DNA from: Eukaryota sp. GEM-RC1
Lineage: Eukaryota
Length of the DNA: 64,000 bases
Direction of reading: 5' to 3'
Assembly (NCBI GenBank): GCA_040285855.1
Contig: JAUFOQ010000018.1
Coordinates: 372,001 to 436,000 of the forward strand
Shown here: positions 12,563 to 24,179 of the stretch, one piece after another
Numbering within the stretch: position 1 is the first letter of the stretch
Layout of the letters: every line of letters begins with the position of its first letter
The notes under the pieces: generated by a model
The model's database searches: none
The model's input: only the letters and a program-made list of their open reading frames with translations
What the model was told of the DNA's origin: nothing
Program-made: the position numbers and the translations under genes

Positions 12563-12979
12563 ATGCAAGTTCTACCAGATTCGTCCATCGCCGCTCCATA
12601 CACACCTCATCTCTCTTCGACGAAGACACCCTCTACAAAAACCTTTGGCCATCAAACTTCTAGACGTGCATTGGCTGATATTTCCAATTCCAGCTTTTTT
12701 GCTCCCCCCTCTGTCAAGTCTTCATCTTCAACTGTTAGTGAACCTGAATCGTCATCAGTTCCTCATTCCAATCCTGTATTTGAACGTGATCTATCCTCTG
12801 ACTTTGATGTGGAACGTTTACGATTGTTATCTGATCATTTACAGTTTGCTGATGCCTTTCTTTGTTATGAGTATTCTTGTAATGAGAATGACGTCTTCAT
12901 TCCATATTCTCCACATTTTTGTCCTACTGATTCGACCCTTGTCCTTGAGCCTTTTGATATTCCATTAGATTTACTCTGA
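12563..12979 (+). CDS. Small Ser/Thr-rich protein with APC/C destruction box
   Basis: 138-codon ORF from ATG 12563 containing RRALADISN (RxxLxxxxN). Confidence 0.65.
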   Translation: MQVLPDSSIAAPYTPHLSSTKTPSTKTFGHQTSRRALADISNSSFFAPPSVKSSSSTVSEPESSSVPHSNPVFERDLSSDFDVERLRLLSDHLQFADAFLCYEYSCNENDVFIPYSPHFCPTDSTLVLEPFDIPLDLL

Positions 12980-13248
12980 TGATTCTGTAGGTGTGTTTTT
13001 CAACACTTCTCTGGTTTTTGGAAACAAATAAAACAATCATTTAATCGTCTAGATTTACCCCTAAATATATGTCACGGTGTTAGATTGGTGACGTGACAGA
13101 GTGGTGTATCATTAAGTCTGAATCAATTTGGACAACATTCACATGCCATAAGCTTCTTTAAATGGGAATTCACAAATCGCAACGGAAATGGACTTGGATT
13201 TTTCCAACCTGGAAACTCACTTTTCTTTGAATATCCAATAGTGGACCA

Positions 13249-15046
13249 ATGGCTTCCCATTGCCCACCGTCATGTTCTCGGTTCATGCTTATTGATGACA
13301 ATGAGTTCCTTTCTCTGTACCCATTCGAATCTATGCCACCATTGTTTATTAATAAACAGACTTCGGTCATTACTGTTGGAGAAGACCTTGAATCTGTTCC
13401 ACGTGCTTATGGCTCAGAAATCTTTGCTATAGCTGGTTTAGTCACTCTGAAATCCTACTCCTTTCTAGTCACTGTATCTTCAGCCAATGTTGTTGGAACA
13501 GTCCTAGGCCATGACATCTGGCTTGCAACATCTTTCTCAGTCATTCCTCTCACTTCATCCTCCAAATCAGACTTTCTCTCTTCTCAACGGCTAGTCTCCT
13601 TAGTTTTTTCAGAAAAAGGTCTCTACTACTCCCCAACTCTTCCCCTCTCCCGCCCTTTCTCTTCCCTTGTCCACAACACCCCAATCTCAAACGAAGATCT
13701 CTTGTCACGTGATCTCTGGTCCCAAACTGACCCCGACTTCTGCTTCAACACTATCCCTGCGAGTCCTTTCCTTACCTCCCCCTCAACACCGTTCTTATGT
13801 CATGCCTCTCACCCAAGGTTTCGTTTCAATTGCCTACAGGATAATCCCTTACACCCACACCCCACTTCACTATCTTCTATTCTCTCGTCGAGATGCTTCT
13901 AATGTTGGGAAAAGGTTTACTAGGAGGGGACTAAATCCAGACTTTTCCACTTCTTGTTCTAATTCTGTAGTGACTGAACAAGTGGTTCTGTCTGATGATG
14001 AGGTTAAGTCAGTATTTACTTTGGTCCGAGGTTCGATTCCATTAAAGTGGAGTCAAATGGCAAATCTTTCTATTAAGCCTGGAATTAAAATATTGGCTGA
14101 CCATGAAAATAATTTAAATATTTTAAAAAATTCAATGGAACGATTGATCAATTCCTTTGGAGGTCCGGTTATCATAATTAATTTACTTGACGATCATGGT
14201 AATGAAAAGGAAATCTCTCAACTTTATGGCGATTTGATCACTTTGGTTAATCTTCCCATCCATTACCACCACTTCAACTTTCACAAAGAATGTGCAAACT
14301 TCAAATACGAAAATGTCTTTGATCTGATCCATTCTATTGAATCAGAACTTGATTCCGTCACGTTTACCTCCCAATCATCGACTCAATCAGGTGTCGTTAG
14401 GGTCAATTGCATTGATTGTCTTGATCGAACCAATGTTGTCCAATCCTCTCTATGCCGCTTCCTTCTCCACAAGCAACTCTCCCAACTAGGCTGTTCTTGT
14501 GTTTCCCTCCCCAAACTCCCTCCTCAAATGGCTCCTTCTGATGTCCAGTCTTTGGGAATGATTGCCTTTGAAAAGAAGTTGGAGGAGGTATTTAGAAGGA
14601 TTTGGGGTGATCATGGTGATGAGTTGGCAGTGCAATATACCGGAACTTTTGCAATGAAGAGAGATTTTACTTTTAAAGGTAAAAGATCCTTATTTGGAGC
14701 GATTGAAGACGGATATTGTGCGTTATCACGTTTTTTCCAGAATAATTTTCACCACGGACTTGTTCAAGATGCTTTAGACGTGGTTTTAAAAGGTCACGAT
14801 GCAGGAAGTTTGTTGGATAGAATGCTTGAATATGAGAGAAGGAGTAAGTTGAGGAAGTATTTGCTCATGTTTATTTTGAGTATTTTTGTTTTAGGTTTGT
14901 TTAAAGGACGATCCGGATTGGTGGTTGTATGTATTTTTCTAGTATTTTTGAAATTTTTCTTTAAAAAGGTAGCGAAACGGTTTACTATCGCACCTTTTGT
15001 CTGCAAATTCTCACTAAATTATTACTTAGATATTAAAAACATTTAA
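13249..15046 (+). CDS. SAC1: SAC1 phosphoinositide phosphatase
   Basis: Motifs LFSRR..G.RFTRRG, RGSIPLKW, catalytic RVNCIDCLDRTNVVQ, QYTGT.AMK.D and two C-terminal TM segments. One frameshift at C5 (~13778). Start is 13249 or 13285. Confidence 0.93.
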
Positions 15047-15105
15047 GGACTTTTTTTACTTCTATAGTTCTGTTTATAATATAATTCACACAATTTTTAA
15101 ATTTT

Positions 15106-15762
15106 TTAAAGATACCAAAGAGCAAACAACACCAAAAACAAGATGATAATCATACAATACATGCACCCATTCTTACTCTTCTTCACCAGTCGCTTCAACC
15201 TCCCATCAGTTCGTTGAATGTTAGCTTCCGTTGCAGTCATTCGCTCTCCGATATCTGATATAATGACTTCTTGCTCCGACAGCTCATCGTGAATAGCAGT
15301 CCCCATCTCACCCAATTGACGAGCTACTGTTGAAAGGGCATTGATGTCTTGGTCAAAGGTTTTTAGTTTGTGTTCTTGTGATTGTAGGAGACTGTGGTTC
15401 GTCATTCCCTGTGTTTGCTCAGTTTCTGTTGCAGGCCCCTTCTTTCTAGAAGTTTCAGGGATAGTTTCTGCTTTTGACTGGAGTTCAGTGTGACGTCGTT
15501 TTAGGACTCCAACGTCATTCTGTCTACGACTGGCTTCAGATGCTGAGATTTGGTATTTGTCAGGGTCTTCTTCAAAAGCTTTGACTTTTGCCTGTAAGAA
15601 TTGAAGATCTTGAGATAGATGATGTAGGTTTCGGGTAATTGTCATGTTCATTCTAGCAGGAGGGGCTCCTTCAGATCTAATAAACTGATCTCTCTCTTTG
15701 ATATCAGAAGCAATGGTGTTTGCCAGATCCTTGGCTTTCTCAATTCGTTCAGTCCAGGACAT
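15106..15762 (-). CDS. Qc-SNARE (syntaxin-8/SYP5-like)
   Basis: N-terminal helical domain (SEASRRQN), SNARE motif (QDINALS..IHDELSEQ) and C-terminal TM anchor; ATG at 15762. Confidence 0.85.
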   Translation of the reverse strand: MSWTERIEKAKDLANTIASDIKERDQFIRSEGAPPARMNMTITRNLHHLSQDLQFLQAKVKAFEEDPDKYQISASEASRRQNDVGVLKRRHTELQSKAETIPETSRKKGPATETEQTQGMTNHSLLQSQEHKLKTFDQDINALSTVARQLGEMGTAIHDELSEQEVIISDIGERMTATEANIQRTDGRLKRLVKKSKNGCMYCMIIILFLVLFALWYL

Positions 15763-15782
15763 CAGCAAATAGCTTATTAATG

Positions 15783-18078
15783 TCAAATAATAGTGACCCG
15801 GTTGGAGGGAGAGAAAATTATGGAGAAGTTCTTTTCAAAACCAGGTCTACCATTTCCTCTAACATGTTCATCTACAATATGAATCATGTTTAACACAGCG
15901 TTCACGTTACGGTTCCAAAGACATCCAGTCACTTTTTGCAAGTGAGTAATCCATGTCTTAAAACCGTTGGTGTTTTTGCTCTTCTGTAAGGCAAGATCTG
16001 AGATTTTGAACACGATGTTTCTTTTCATTGATTCCATGATCATTTTCCAGCACACACTTATGGCATCGAGCGCTTGTCCTATATTGATCGATCAGCAGCA
16101 CCCGATAATGATGTTTTTTCCATGTGACCAACATTCTTTGTTGGTGCTTGATTCTTGAACATAGTCTGCTTCCAATCTCCCATCACTATCACTGTGTTCT
16201 CTGGACCTCCAAACTTCTCTTTGAACTCATCAATTCATCTCGATTCAAGACGTTCGTTGCCCATATACCCCTTGAGCTTAATTATCCTTAGATCGTCTGA
16301 TTGATAGTACGATCCCATGTTCAGAGAGAATTCATTCTTTGCTTTACAATATGCCAAGAAATCATCATGATCAAGGACTTTACTAGAGTGTTTACTTAGT
16401 TGTTTTTCCCACTCTTCATTGGGGTTTTTCCAATGATCCATGACTTTTACTCTCTCTAAAGAACTTCTCCTGATCTTTGCCAAGGATCTCTCTATTTCTG
16501 TGAGGGGATGTCAATTTTTTAAAATGAAACTTCTTGAGCTCCTTCTTTATTCCTGGTTTCTCAGGTGGAGGATCTTTTGGGGGTTCCAAGTTGGTTGTTC
16601 TGTAACTTGCGGCTCTACCTTTGGCTTTACGTCGTCTTTCATTGTTCAGACGTTTATGGTAGCCACTGTTACCACTCTTTCCATTGTCATTTCGCCACTC
16701 CTCCCATTCTAGCTTAGTATAAGAGGGTTCTTTGGGTTTTGAATTTTTGGCGGACCGTATTTTCTTCTTGCTCCCATCATCAACTGACCCCCCCCCCTCT
16801 TACCCCGGGGTCTCCACAGACGATAGAGGAACCCTTCAGTAGTTCTTCTGGTACATCTGTGATATAAAGATCTTTGTTTACCAGATTTCTACTAGGCAGG
16901 CGCTTTCTTCCAATTAAATCGTGCTTATTAAGTTTAGAGAAACGCTAATTCCATTGGTGCGAATGGAATGGTTAAATGAATAGCCTTGTTGACGGAAAGC
17001 TTTCTTTGAGGTTCTAAAGATCCAACTTCAGTACTGATGTTGGTACTTTTCGAGATTTCCGTGTAGTCTTGCCTCACTATTCGAAGGAAACCTACCGTCA
17101 TTGGGAATAAGAATCCGATAGAGAGCACTTGTGTCAATAAAGATATGACCAGGAGTTTCAGAAGTTTTCAGAGGAAAGACTTTGTAAATGGAAGGTTTAA
17201 CGCATTTCATATCTTCTGGTTTGTCTGCTGCTGAATCAAAGTCATGAGATGACATTTGAGTGACTTCTGACGTCAGCAATTCCACCCCGTGCATTAGGGA
17301 CAGTGAATAAAATACATAATTTTGTGGATATTTCTTTATGTTTATACGATGCACTCTTTAATCAGTGTGTTGCAGGAATAAATAGATGCATGTTTTCGAG
17401 GATCAGCAATTTGGGGAATACTTCAAATTGCAATTCACGAATAAGTACTGAATGCTCTTTGCATTTTTCAAATAGAAGATTAAAAACATTAAAGAGGTCG
17501 TATTTAGGGTACTTGCTGTGACACATGGCATTATTAACCTCTCTGAGTAAATAATGAAATATCTCAATTTTCTTTGTGTTTCTCAATTTTTCCATATTCT
17601 TTTTAATTTTCATTTTCATTTTTTCAGTCACACTGTGACGGTGGAAGTAACAATTAGTGAATTTGATCACGTACTTCACCCAGTGTTCTTTAATATTGAC
17701 TTCAAAATTACTAATGTACTCAACAACACTGTACTTCGAAATTCTACCCATAGCAGGCAAGTAAAGATTTCCTGGAGTTCCAGAGTCATCAGTGGCTGCC
17801 ATTGTAGAACGATAGTATTCTTTAAAATACTCATTAACTTTTTCCTTCGAGTACGAGGAAGCAGGAGGAATAGAACTAAATCTACCTTTTATAGAAATAA
17901 CTTCAGAATTTAAATCTGTTGTCTCCTCCTCTAAAACAGACAAAGTATTGGTCAAAAGTTTAGAATAATCAATTTGATTTCTACCAATTTGTGATAACAA
18001 AACAGCCTCACTGAGCTCTTTCTTTGAGCCTTCAATCATTTCTTTTTTTGATTTTTCCATTGCAAGCAGTTGTTCCAT
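15783..18078 (-). pseudogene. Decayed Fanzor1 (TnpB-family) nuclease
   Basis: Ordered Fanzor1-like motifs across frames: NIKEHWVKYVIKF, YPQNY, VFPLKTS..PGHIFIDT, YSFNHSIRTNGISVS, VCGDPG (RuvC-I), KFGGPENTVIVMGDW, LIDQYRTSARCHKC, RHGLLTC, WNRNVNAVLNM, GRP. In-frame TGA stops at 17028-17030 and 16235-16237 plus several frameshifts. Confidence 0.9.
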
Positions 18079-18205
18079 GACAAGCAGAATTTCTGTTAGT
18101 ACTTTAGAGAATTCATCCTTTTTCTGAACACCTTTTTAGTAAATATAATATTTTTGTGTCCATTGCCTCAAGAGTAAAAGGGCTCGTGGATCGTGACAAC
18201 CACTG

Positions 18206-19003
18206 TTACAGCTCATGATTGTCTAGGGATTGCTTATACTGATTGACAGTAAACCCTTTCAGAAATTGACAACCATGTGACATCAATTGGTCATGTATTA
18301 TTACATAATGACGAATAATTTCTGAAACTTCGCCAAAATGTAATAATTTGCGTAAACCTAACTTTTTTGTTTTGAAGAAAAGCAAAGAAGGATTTGGTCT
18401 TTGAAAAACTGAAAATAGTTTTAAAGTAAGAATCACATCTTTCAGACAGTACATGTAGTTGGCTAACTCACTTCTTCCGTCAGCTGTTTCCATCAGAGTA
18501 GAAGTGGATCTGCTGAGTAAAGATTTTCCTTCAGCTAAAATACTCAAGGAAACACTGTTTAGACTGTTGCCAAATTTTGAAGTTGAAATTTTCCTGGCAA
18601 AAGAACAACAGTCTAAGGACGTGGAATTACCAAATATATGAGAGATGGTAGAGTTCCAAGAGGCTGAAAGAAAAGGAAATGAACTCGTATTTTCTGTCTT
18701 ATCTTCATGATTGAAGGTGGTATCAATCTTTAAAATTGAAGCTCTTTTAAGAATATATTGTAGATCAAAGGAATCGGAATAAAAGCCTGAAACAAAATCT
18801 GGTGAAATAGAATTGAAAAAATTGATAAAATTCAAAATCAAAAGGAACTCAGATTTAAATGAAAAAATATTAGCAGCATCAGACTCTAATGCAGAAGTAT
18901 CTCCAACACTAAGCAAATAATTATCTACATTAAAAATCTGTTCATTATTAAAATAACAAAATGAAAAACCAATCGATTGGAACCACAAAACTTCCTCCAT
19001 CAA
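18206..19003 (-). pseudogene. Decayed ORF of unknown function directly upstream of, and co-oriented with, the Fanzor remnant
   Basis: 265-aa ORF. Reading continues past its TAA and, after a shift, into the frame of 17362..18078. Further interrupted coding sequence extends to ~19150. Confidence 0.4.
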
Positions 19004-19540
19004 GAATTTATATCTTTTTTAATGGACATGCTTCAATTGGGTAAATTGGACAGGTCTGGTGCTTCGAGCTTTTTTTCAAAAATCTCGAAGCACCATCTCA
19101 TCAATTCTCGACGGTTGGTCGATCCACAAGCACCATTGTATATTTGCAGGGCTAAGAAGAGTAGGTGTAAATTTTTTTGTTAACTCTATATTGTTCAGAA
19201 AAAAGCAATTGTAACGAAAATTACTTTAGAAGTCTAAAGTGTACTATGCGTAGTTATTACAACAATTATTTGTTTATGACAAATAGTGCACAACCTGACT
19301 TAAAATTCAAAAGAAGCAAACAAACAAACAATATAATTTTAGATAAGCAGTACGATTCTTGAGCAATTGAAACTACAAGTGTTCAATATTTTGGTTTTTT
19401 TGAATCAATGGAAACTGTTTTGGACCAAATCAGAGGTGAGTGTTTGTCCAGAACAAATACTCACTCTAGTGTATATTGTAAGCAAATAGTTCAAGCCATG
19501 TAATATAATGTAGAAAACTTTTCACTCGAATTCTCCTTTC

Positions 19541-20437
19541 ATGATTGAACTAAATATCGGTGGTGTTCTCTTCGTCTCTTCTGCTGGTACGTTGAGCAAT
19601 CGAAATGGATACTTTCCACCTCTTCTTTCTGAGTCAACTGACTTCCTTTTTGTCGACAGAGATCCGTCTAATTTTCGTACAATCCTCAACTATCTACGTG
19701 ATGGCAAAGTCCCTCTACCACAAGATGAGCTACAACTGCAGAGGTTACACAAAGAGTCTATGTATTACCAAGTAACAGATCTCACCACAACAATCAAAGA
19801 TTTGTTGGAACTCTTGAAAAAACCTAAAATATACAAGTACAGAGTTGTTCAACTCGACGGTCTCTCTGCTTCTCACATTGAGGGAACTGTCAACTCCCTT
19901 GCTGAAGATGGCTTTGTATTTGATCCCCGAGCTACGTTCTCCACCATCAAGGACTCTTGTCTACTCTTCCGATGTCCAGTTGAAGTTGAAGCTATTAAAG
20001 AAGAACCAAAACCAAAATCCAAGTTACAACTGAAAAAACCTCAACTCAAACCAATCAAAAAAGATTCTTCGTCGAATCCTTCTGATCAGCCACTGCCTTC
20101 CATAGAAAAACCATCTGAAACAGTTGTAGATCCTGCAAGTGCTTTTGTTCTCAATGTGAAGCAAAGAGATGATTTGGTGGGCAATCAGTCAGTTAACTAC
20201 AATAGAAGTGATACTAGCAAGTGGAATATCGTCAAGAAGTACATCATCAACGCCACTCATCAACGAATCAAACTAGAAGGAGGTTGGATGGTTCCTTCGA
20301 CTGTATTTCTACCAACAAGATTCCAGGTAGATTTGGTTCAGTTACCGTCGTCTTCGAAGGGAGGGAGTCATGATGAGAATGAGAAGAAGAAGGTATTGAG
20401 AAAGAAAATGCCTAGAATGTCAAGAGAACAGTCTTAA
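19541..20437 (+). CDS. BTB/POZ (KCTD/T1-type) domain protein
   Basis: IELNIGG..F...TL and FVDRDP..F..ILNYLRDG. Confidence 0.9.
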   Translation: MIELNIGGVLFVSSAGTLSNRNGYFPPLLSESTDFLFVDRDPSNFRTILNYLRDGKVPLPQDELQLQRLHKESMYYQVTDLTTTIKDLLELLKKPKIYKYRVVQLDGLSASHIEGTVNSLAEDGFVFDPRATFSTIKDSCLLFRCPVEVEAIKEEPKPKSKLQLKKPQLKPIKKDSSSNPSDQPLPSIEKPSETVVDPASAFVLNVKQRDDLVGNQSVNYNRSDTSKWNIVKKYIINATHQRIKLEGGWMVPSTVFLPTRFQVDLVQLPSSSKGGSHDENEKKKVLRKKMPRMSREQS

Positions 20438-20602
20438 TAGTTCTTTAATTGGATGTAAATAACGGGGTTTTGTATTTGAAAACAATTAAACACTATTTTT
20501 TTCAATAAATATAATAATACAGTAATTTTACATTGAAACGCGATGAGAAAATTTCAAAATTTGACGACACAAGGGGTGGAGAATTCGCAATTTTTCACTT
20601 AT

Positions 20603-21570
20603 TTAAAATCTTTTTCTACTTTTAACCGCTTCAAGAGCTTCATCAAAATCCTCGCCACTCAGACTTTGCAGGGTATTACTCATTGACAACCTAGCTCGAG
20701 CTAACTTAGCTGAAAGAATATCTGGTCCACTGACTTTGTTAAGAAAAGTTGAAGGCAAGAATTTTGATTGATCATCGATCTTGATTGATCTCTTCTGTGC
20801 TTTTGATTGGCTTTTGTTCTTTTCCCATAATCCTTCTTTTTCTTTACTAATTCTTTCTTTACCTTCTTCTCTTTTTTCTCAGGAATTGGGTCAGTTTGAG
20901 ACACAAAAGAATCTTTAAAGGATTGCAGGGACTGATTAGATAGAGTTCGTGACAGATCACGTGTGTCCAGCTGACCTTTCTTCTTTCCCTCCACAATTCT
21001 ACTCACAGACTTAGAGCCCACTGTTGAGTGATCAAAGTCATCTATTGAGTTCCTGGTATCCATAGTATCTATTGTTGCAGCTGTGGAGAGACCATCCCAG
21101 GAGATCACGTCATCAATGGGAGGGGTTGGAGGAGCAGGCTTATGGAAAGCAGAACGACTGATAGAAGGAGCGGACGGTGAAGGTTGGGTAATGGAGTTTC
21201 TAATGGTAGTGGACAGCATGGAAAAACGTGAGGAAAGCTCTGAATCTCCATATTTAGGAGACGAGAAAGGAGCAGATGATAGTGATGGTGATCTGTAGGT
21301 GGATGGTGATCTGTAAGTAGAATGAGCAAGGACAGGAGATTGGTGATAAGAGGGGGTTGAATGATGTCTATCATTGTCTACCTGCGAAAGAGTTTGTCTC
21401 ATATGATCAATTCTGGATGAAAATGAGATTGACCGTGTAGTGAACGACGACGGAGAGTAATGGCTATGAGGAGAGCGATGGGTATCTCTCTGGGAGCCAG
21501 TCAAGAGACTAGAGTAGTGAGGATTAGTTCTTAGGTTCATACTGAGGTGAGAAAAACTGATTGACATCAT
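20603..21570 (-). CDS. Ser/Pro-rich hypothetical protein
   Basis: ORF 20701..21570. A shifted frame continues DILSAKLARARLS..KRF to a stop at 20603. Confidence 0.55.
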
Positions 21571-21734
21571 TGTTTAGTTAATCATCCAAAAAACACGTGC
21601 TTGATGAATGAATTGAACTAGCTCAACTATCAGTTATCAGTTAGTTATCAGTTTGTTCTTATAAGATCATTGTACGTTAGAATCATGGTCAGTAGTTTAC
21701 AACGTCAGTGGTGGTCACTGATACAATTGTTCCA

Positions 21735-22640
21735 TTTTCTCTCTTGTATGGCTCAAATTGACTGGAAATGATTTCCTTTATGCCTTGTTCGTCTGAACTC
21801 GCTGGGGTAGGTTTCATTCATGCAAAAGTCGTTAGAAAATCTGCACTTTTAGATGGTGTCAAGAATTTTCTCATTGAATTTTTGAAGCGTTTTCCAGTGT
21901 AATTGATGTGCAATTGTCGTTGGATTCGATCTGCTAAAGATTTGGAATCATCATTGTCTCCTGAAATATGAGAATCTTTGTTCCCTGCTCATTTGAAGGA
22001 GACTCCTTTAAATAATAGTTCATTTATATCATCTTCAGGTATGTGAGCTACAAAATGTATTGACATATGAGTGTAAACTCTTGGACTTTGATAATCGTAT
22101 TAGCTTGGCTAAAACTAATAGTCCCGAGTTCGCTGCTTTTTTAATAGGCCCTTGTAATAGTGGACCTTCTAGATCTATTTCTCAAATTCGTAAGGTGTTT
22201 GGATTTCACTTATCTAACGAAGCCTGGATGATCAATGTATCTTCGATTGGATATCTGCACTACAAACAGATTTATTACACTAACCAATTTGCTCTTGTGG
22301 AGCCAATAGTGTTCTTGTCATTAAATTTATTATCGTTTTTAGTTTATTATCGTTTTATTCATATACGTTCAGTTATTCTTGATGTTGTAAGTGATTCATG
22401 TTATTCCAAGTTTAATGTACATGGTTTCCACTTCAAAGTAGAAGAAGTATTGAATCACCTTTCAGAAAACGCATTTTGATGCCAACAAAGCAGGGATCAA
22501 GATTTAATAGAAAAACGATATTCCAAATTTGTGTACCAACCATTTGATGTTTCTTTTTTGTGATCGAATTTTGAAGGATTTTGAAGAACTTTGTAAAAAA
22601 CGTACTGTAGGTTTATAATGTCTAAATGGAAAAACCGTAA
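21735..22640 (+). mobile_element. Decayed CRE-type non-LTR fragment
   Basis: Translates LDFDNRISLAKTNSPEFAAFL, matching the 60793..61647 ORF; many deletions. Confidence 0.85.
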
Positions 22641-22709
22641 AGTGCTTTCGAATAACGTGTTTATGTGGGGACATGTCTAGTACCTGAAAAACAGAGTACA
22701 TGCTATCAA

Positions 22710-23969
22710 TTACAATTCCAATTCAAAATACTCATCTTCATCCAGATTAAAAGCAGAAACAAAAATAGAACGAGTATTTTTTAAATTTTTCAAATTTTTA
22801 ATATAGGATACAACCTGATCAATCTGGTTAGAGAACAAATCACCCAAATACAATTCTTGTAAATTTGTGAACAGAGAAAAATTGGGAAATTTCAAATTTT
22901 CAGCGGGCGCAACACCATCCATGTGAAAAATTTCAACTGATTGTACCATCAAACTGTCATTTAAGCAAGATAAATCAGAAATTGAACTACACTCTGAAAT
23001 ATCTAGATTTTTTAAATTTTGCAAAGATCCAATTGATTCAACATCAGAAATGTCACAATTACCAGCTAAACTCAATATTTTAATATTTGGAATATTTTTC
23101 AACCAGCTTACATTTGAAACATCACAATTATTGATGCTCAAATCAGTAAGTTGTTCAAGAACACGACACACCGTATCACCAGATTCAACATTTAAACTGC
23201 AAAACGAAAACTGTAAATTCTTCAACTTTTCAAAATTTTCAAAATCGGTAGGGAAAACAACATCCAAATCACAATAAAAATATTCCATTTTTTCAATTTT
23301 GTACTTGGAAAGTGACCCTAATAAAGCGACATTCAAAGCTAAGGAAGAGATCTTAACAAAATTAACAGTAGAGAGACCATGAATAGAAGACAGATTTGCT
23401 CGTCCGTCAAGCGTGAGTGATTTCAATTTACATTCAGAAGAAAACTTCAAAGAAACATCATCTGTCACGTCATCATCAAATATGATTGACAAAGAAGAAA
23501 GTTGAAGATTCTGCAAGGGGGACAGATCAACAACTTCCTTTTCTGTTTCTAGTTGTAAGAACTGGAGGTTTGGAAACGTGACCAAAGTTTCCAGAAAACA
23601 GTCAGAGAGTGTCAAGGAAGTGACATTACTTGTTAACAAGCCGTCAGTAAGAGAATCGAGGACAGATGAATCCTTGATCAATGAAACAGACAGACCGCAT
23701 TTAGTACCAGGAATAAGTGAATGGAGGGAGGAAGGAAGAGCATCAAAAGAGACAGGCCATTGTTGTGTGAATAGAGTTTGGATGTACAAGTCATGGAAAC
23801 GATTAGAAACACTTGCAAGTTTGTAGTCAAGGTGAGTAATGATGAAGTTATCAAACTCATCCTCAATGAAATCTGGCAGTTTGCTAAGAGAAACAGTGCA
23901 ACCTAAAGGCAGATGTATGATACCAATGTGTTGAAAAACATATCGTAGAAGAGTATCAGGGAGAATCAT
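22710..23969 (-). CDS. Leucine-rich repeat protein
   Basis: Repeated LxxLxLxx(N/C)xxIxD motifs; F-box-like LPDTLLRYVFQH at the N-terminus. Confidence 0.85.
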   Translation of the reverse strand: MILPDTLLRYVFQHIGIIHLPLGCTVSLSKLPDFIEDEFDNFIITHLDYKLASVSNRFHDLYIQTLFTQQWPVSFDALPSSLHSLIPGTKCGLSVSLIKDSSVLDSLTDGLLTSNVTSLTLSDCFLETLVTFPNLQFLQLETEKEVVDLSPLQNLQLSSLSIIFDDDVTDDVSLKFSSECKLKSLTLDGRANLSSIHGLSTVNFVKISSLALNVALLGSLSKYKIEKMEYFYCDLDVVFPTDFENFEKLKNLQFSFCSLNVESGDTVCRVLEQLTDLSINNCDVSNVSWLKNIPNIKILSLAGNCDISDVESIGSLQNLKNLDISECSSISDLSCLNDSLMVQSVEIFHMDGVAPAENLKFPNFSLFTNLQELYLGDLFSNQIDQVVSYIKNLKNLKNTRSIFVSAFNLDEDEYFELEL

Positions 23970-24179
23970 GATGACCAAAAAGTGGCGAAAAGATGTTTAA
24001 GGACACAAATAAATGGATAAGAGTCGTGATGATCTACTAGTAGTACTACATGTAGTAATTGCTCCTTGTTAATTATGCATTTCACTACTGTTGATCCCTG
24101 TAATTGTATTGCTGTATCTCCTAGTTTTGGTAGTGTACATTGTACGTGGTAAGTTGGTGTCTTCCAATAAATATATGGT

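Noticed and set aside
11844..12629. CNOT11 starting at 12629 and overlapping the opposite gene
   Set aside because: A better-matching N-terminus starts at ATG 12526 in another frame; the longer ORF is a frameshift artefact.
16235..17030. In-frame TGA codons in the Fanzor remnant as evidence for TGA=Trp
   Set aside because: Host ORFs end in TGA (e.g. 12977-12979, 30352-30354), intact genes use TGG, and the remnant has other lesions.
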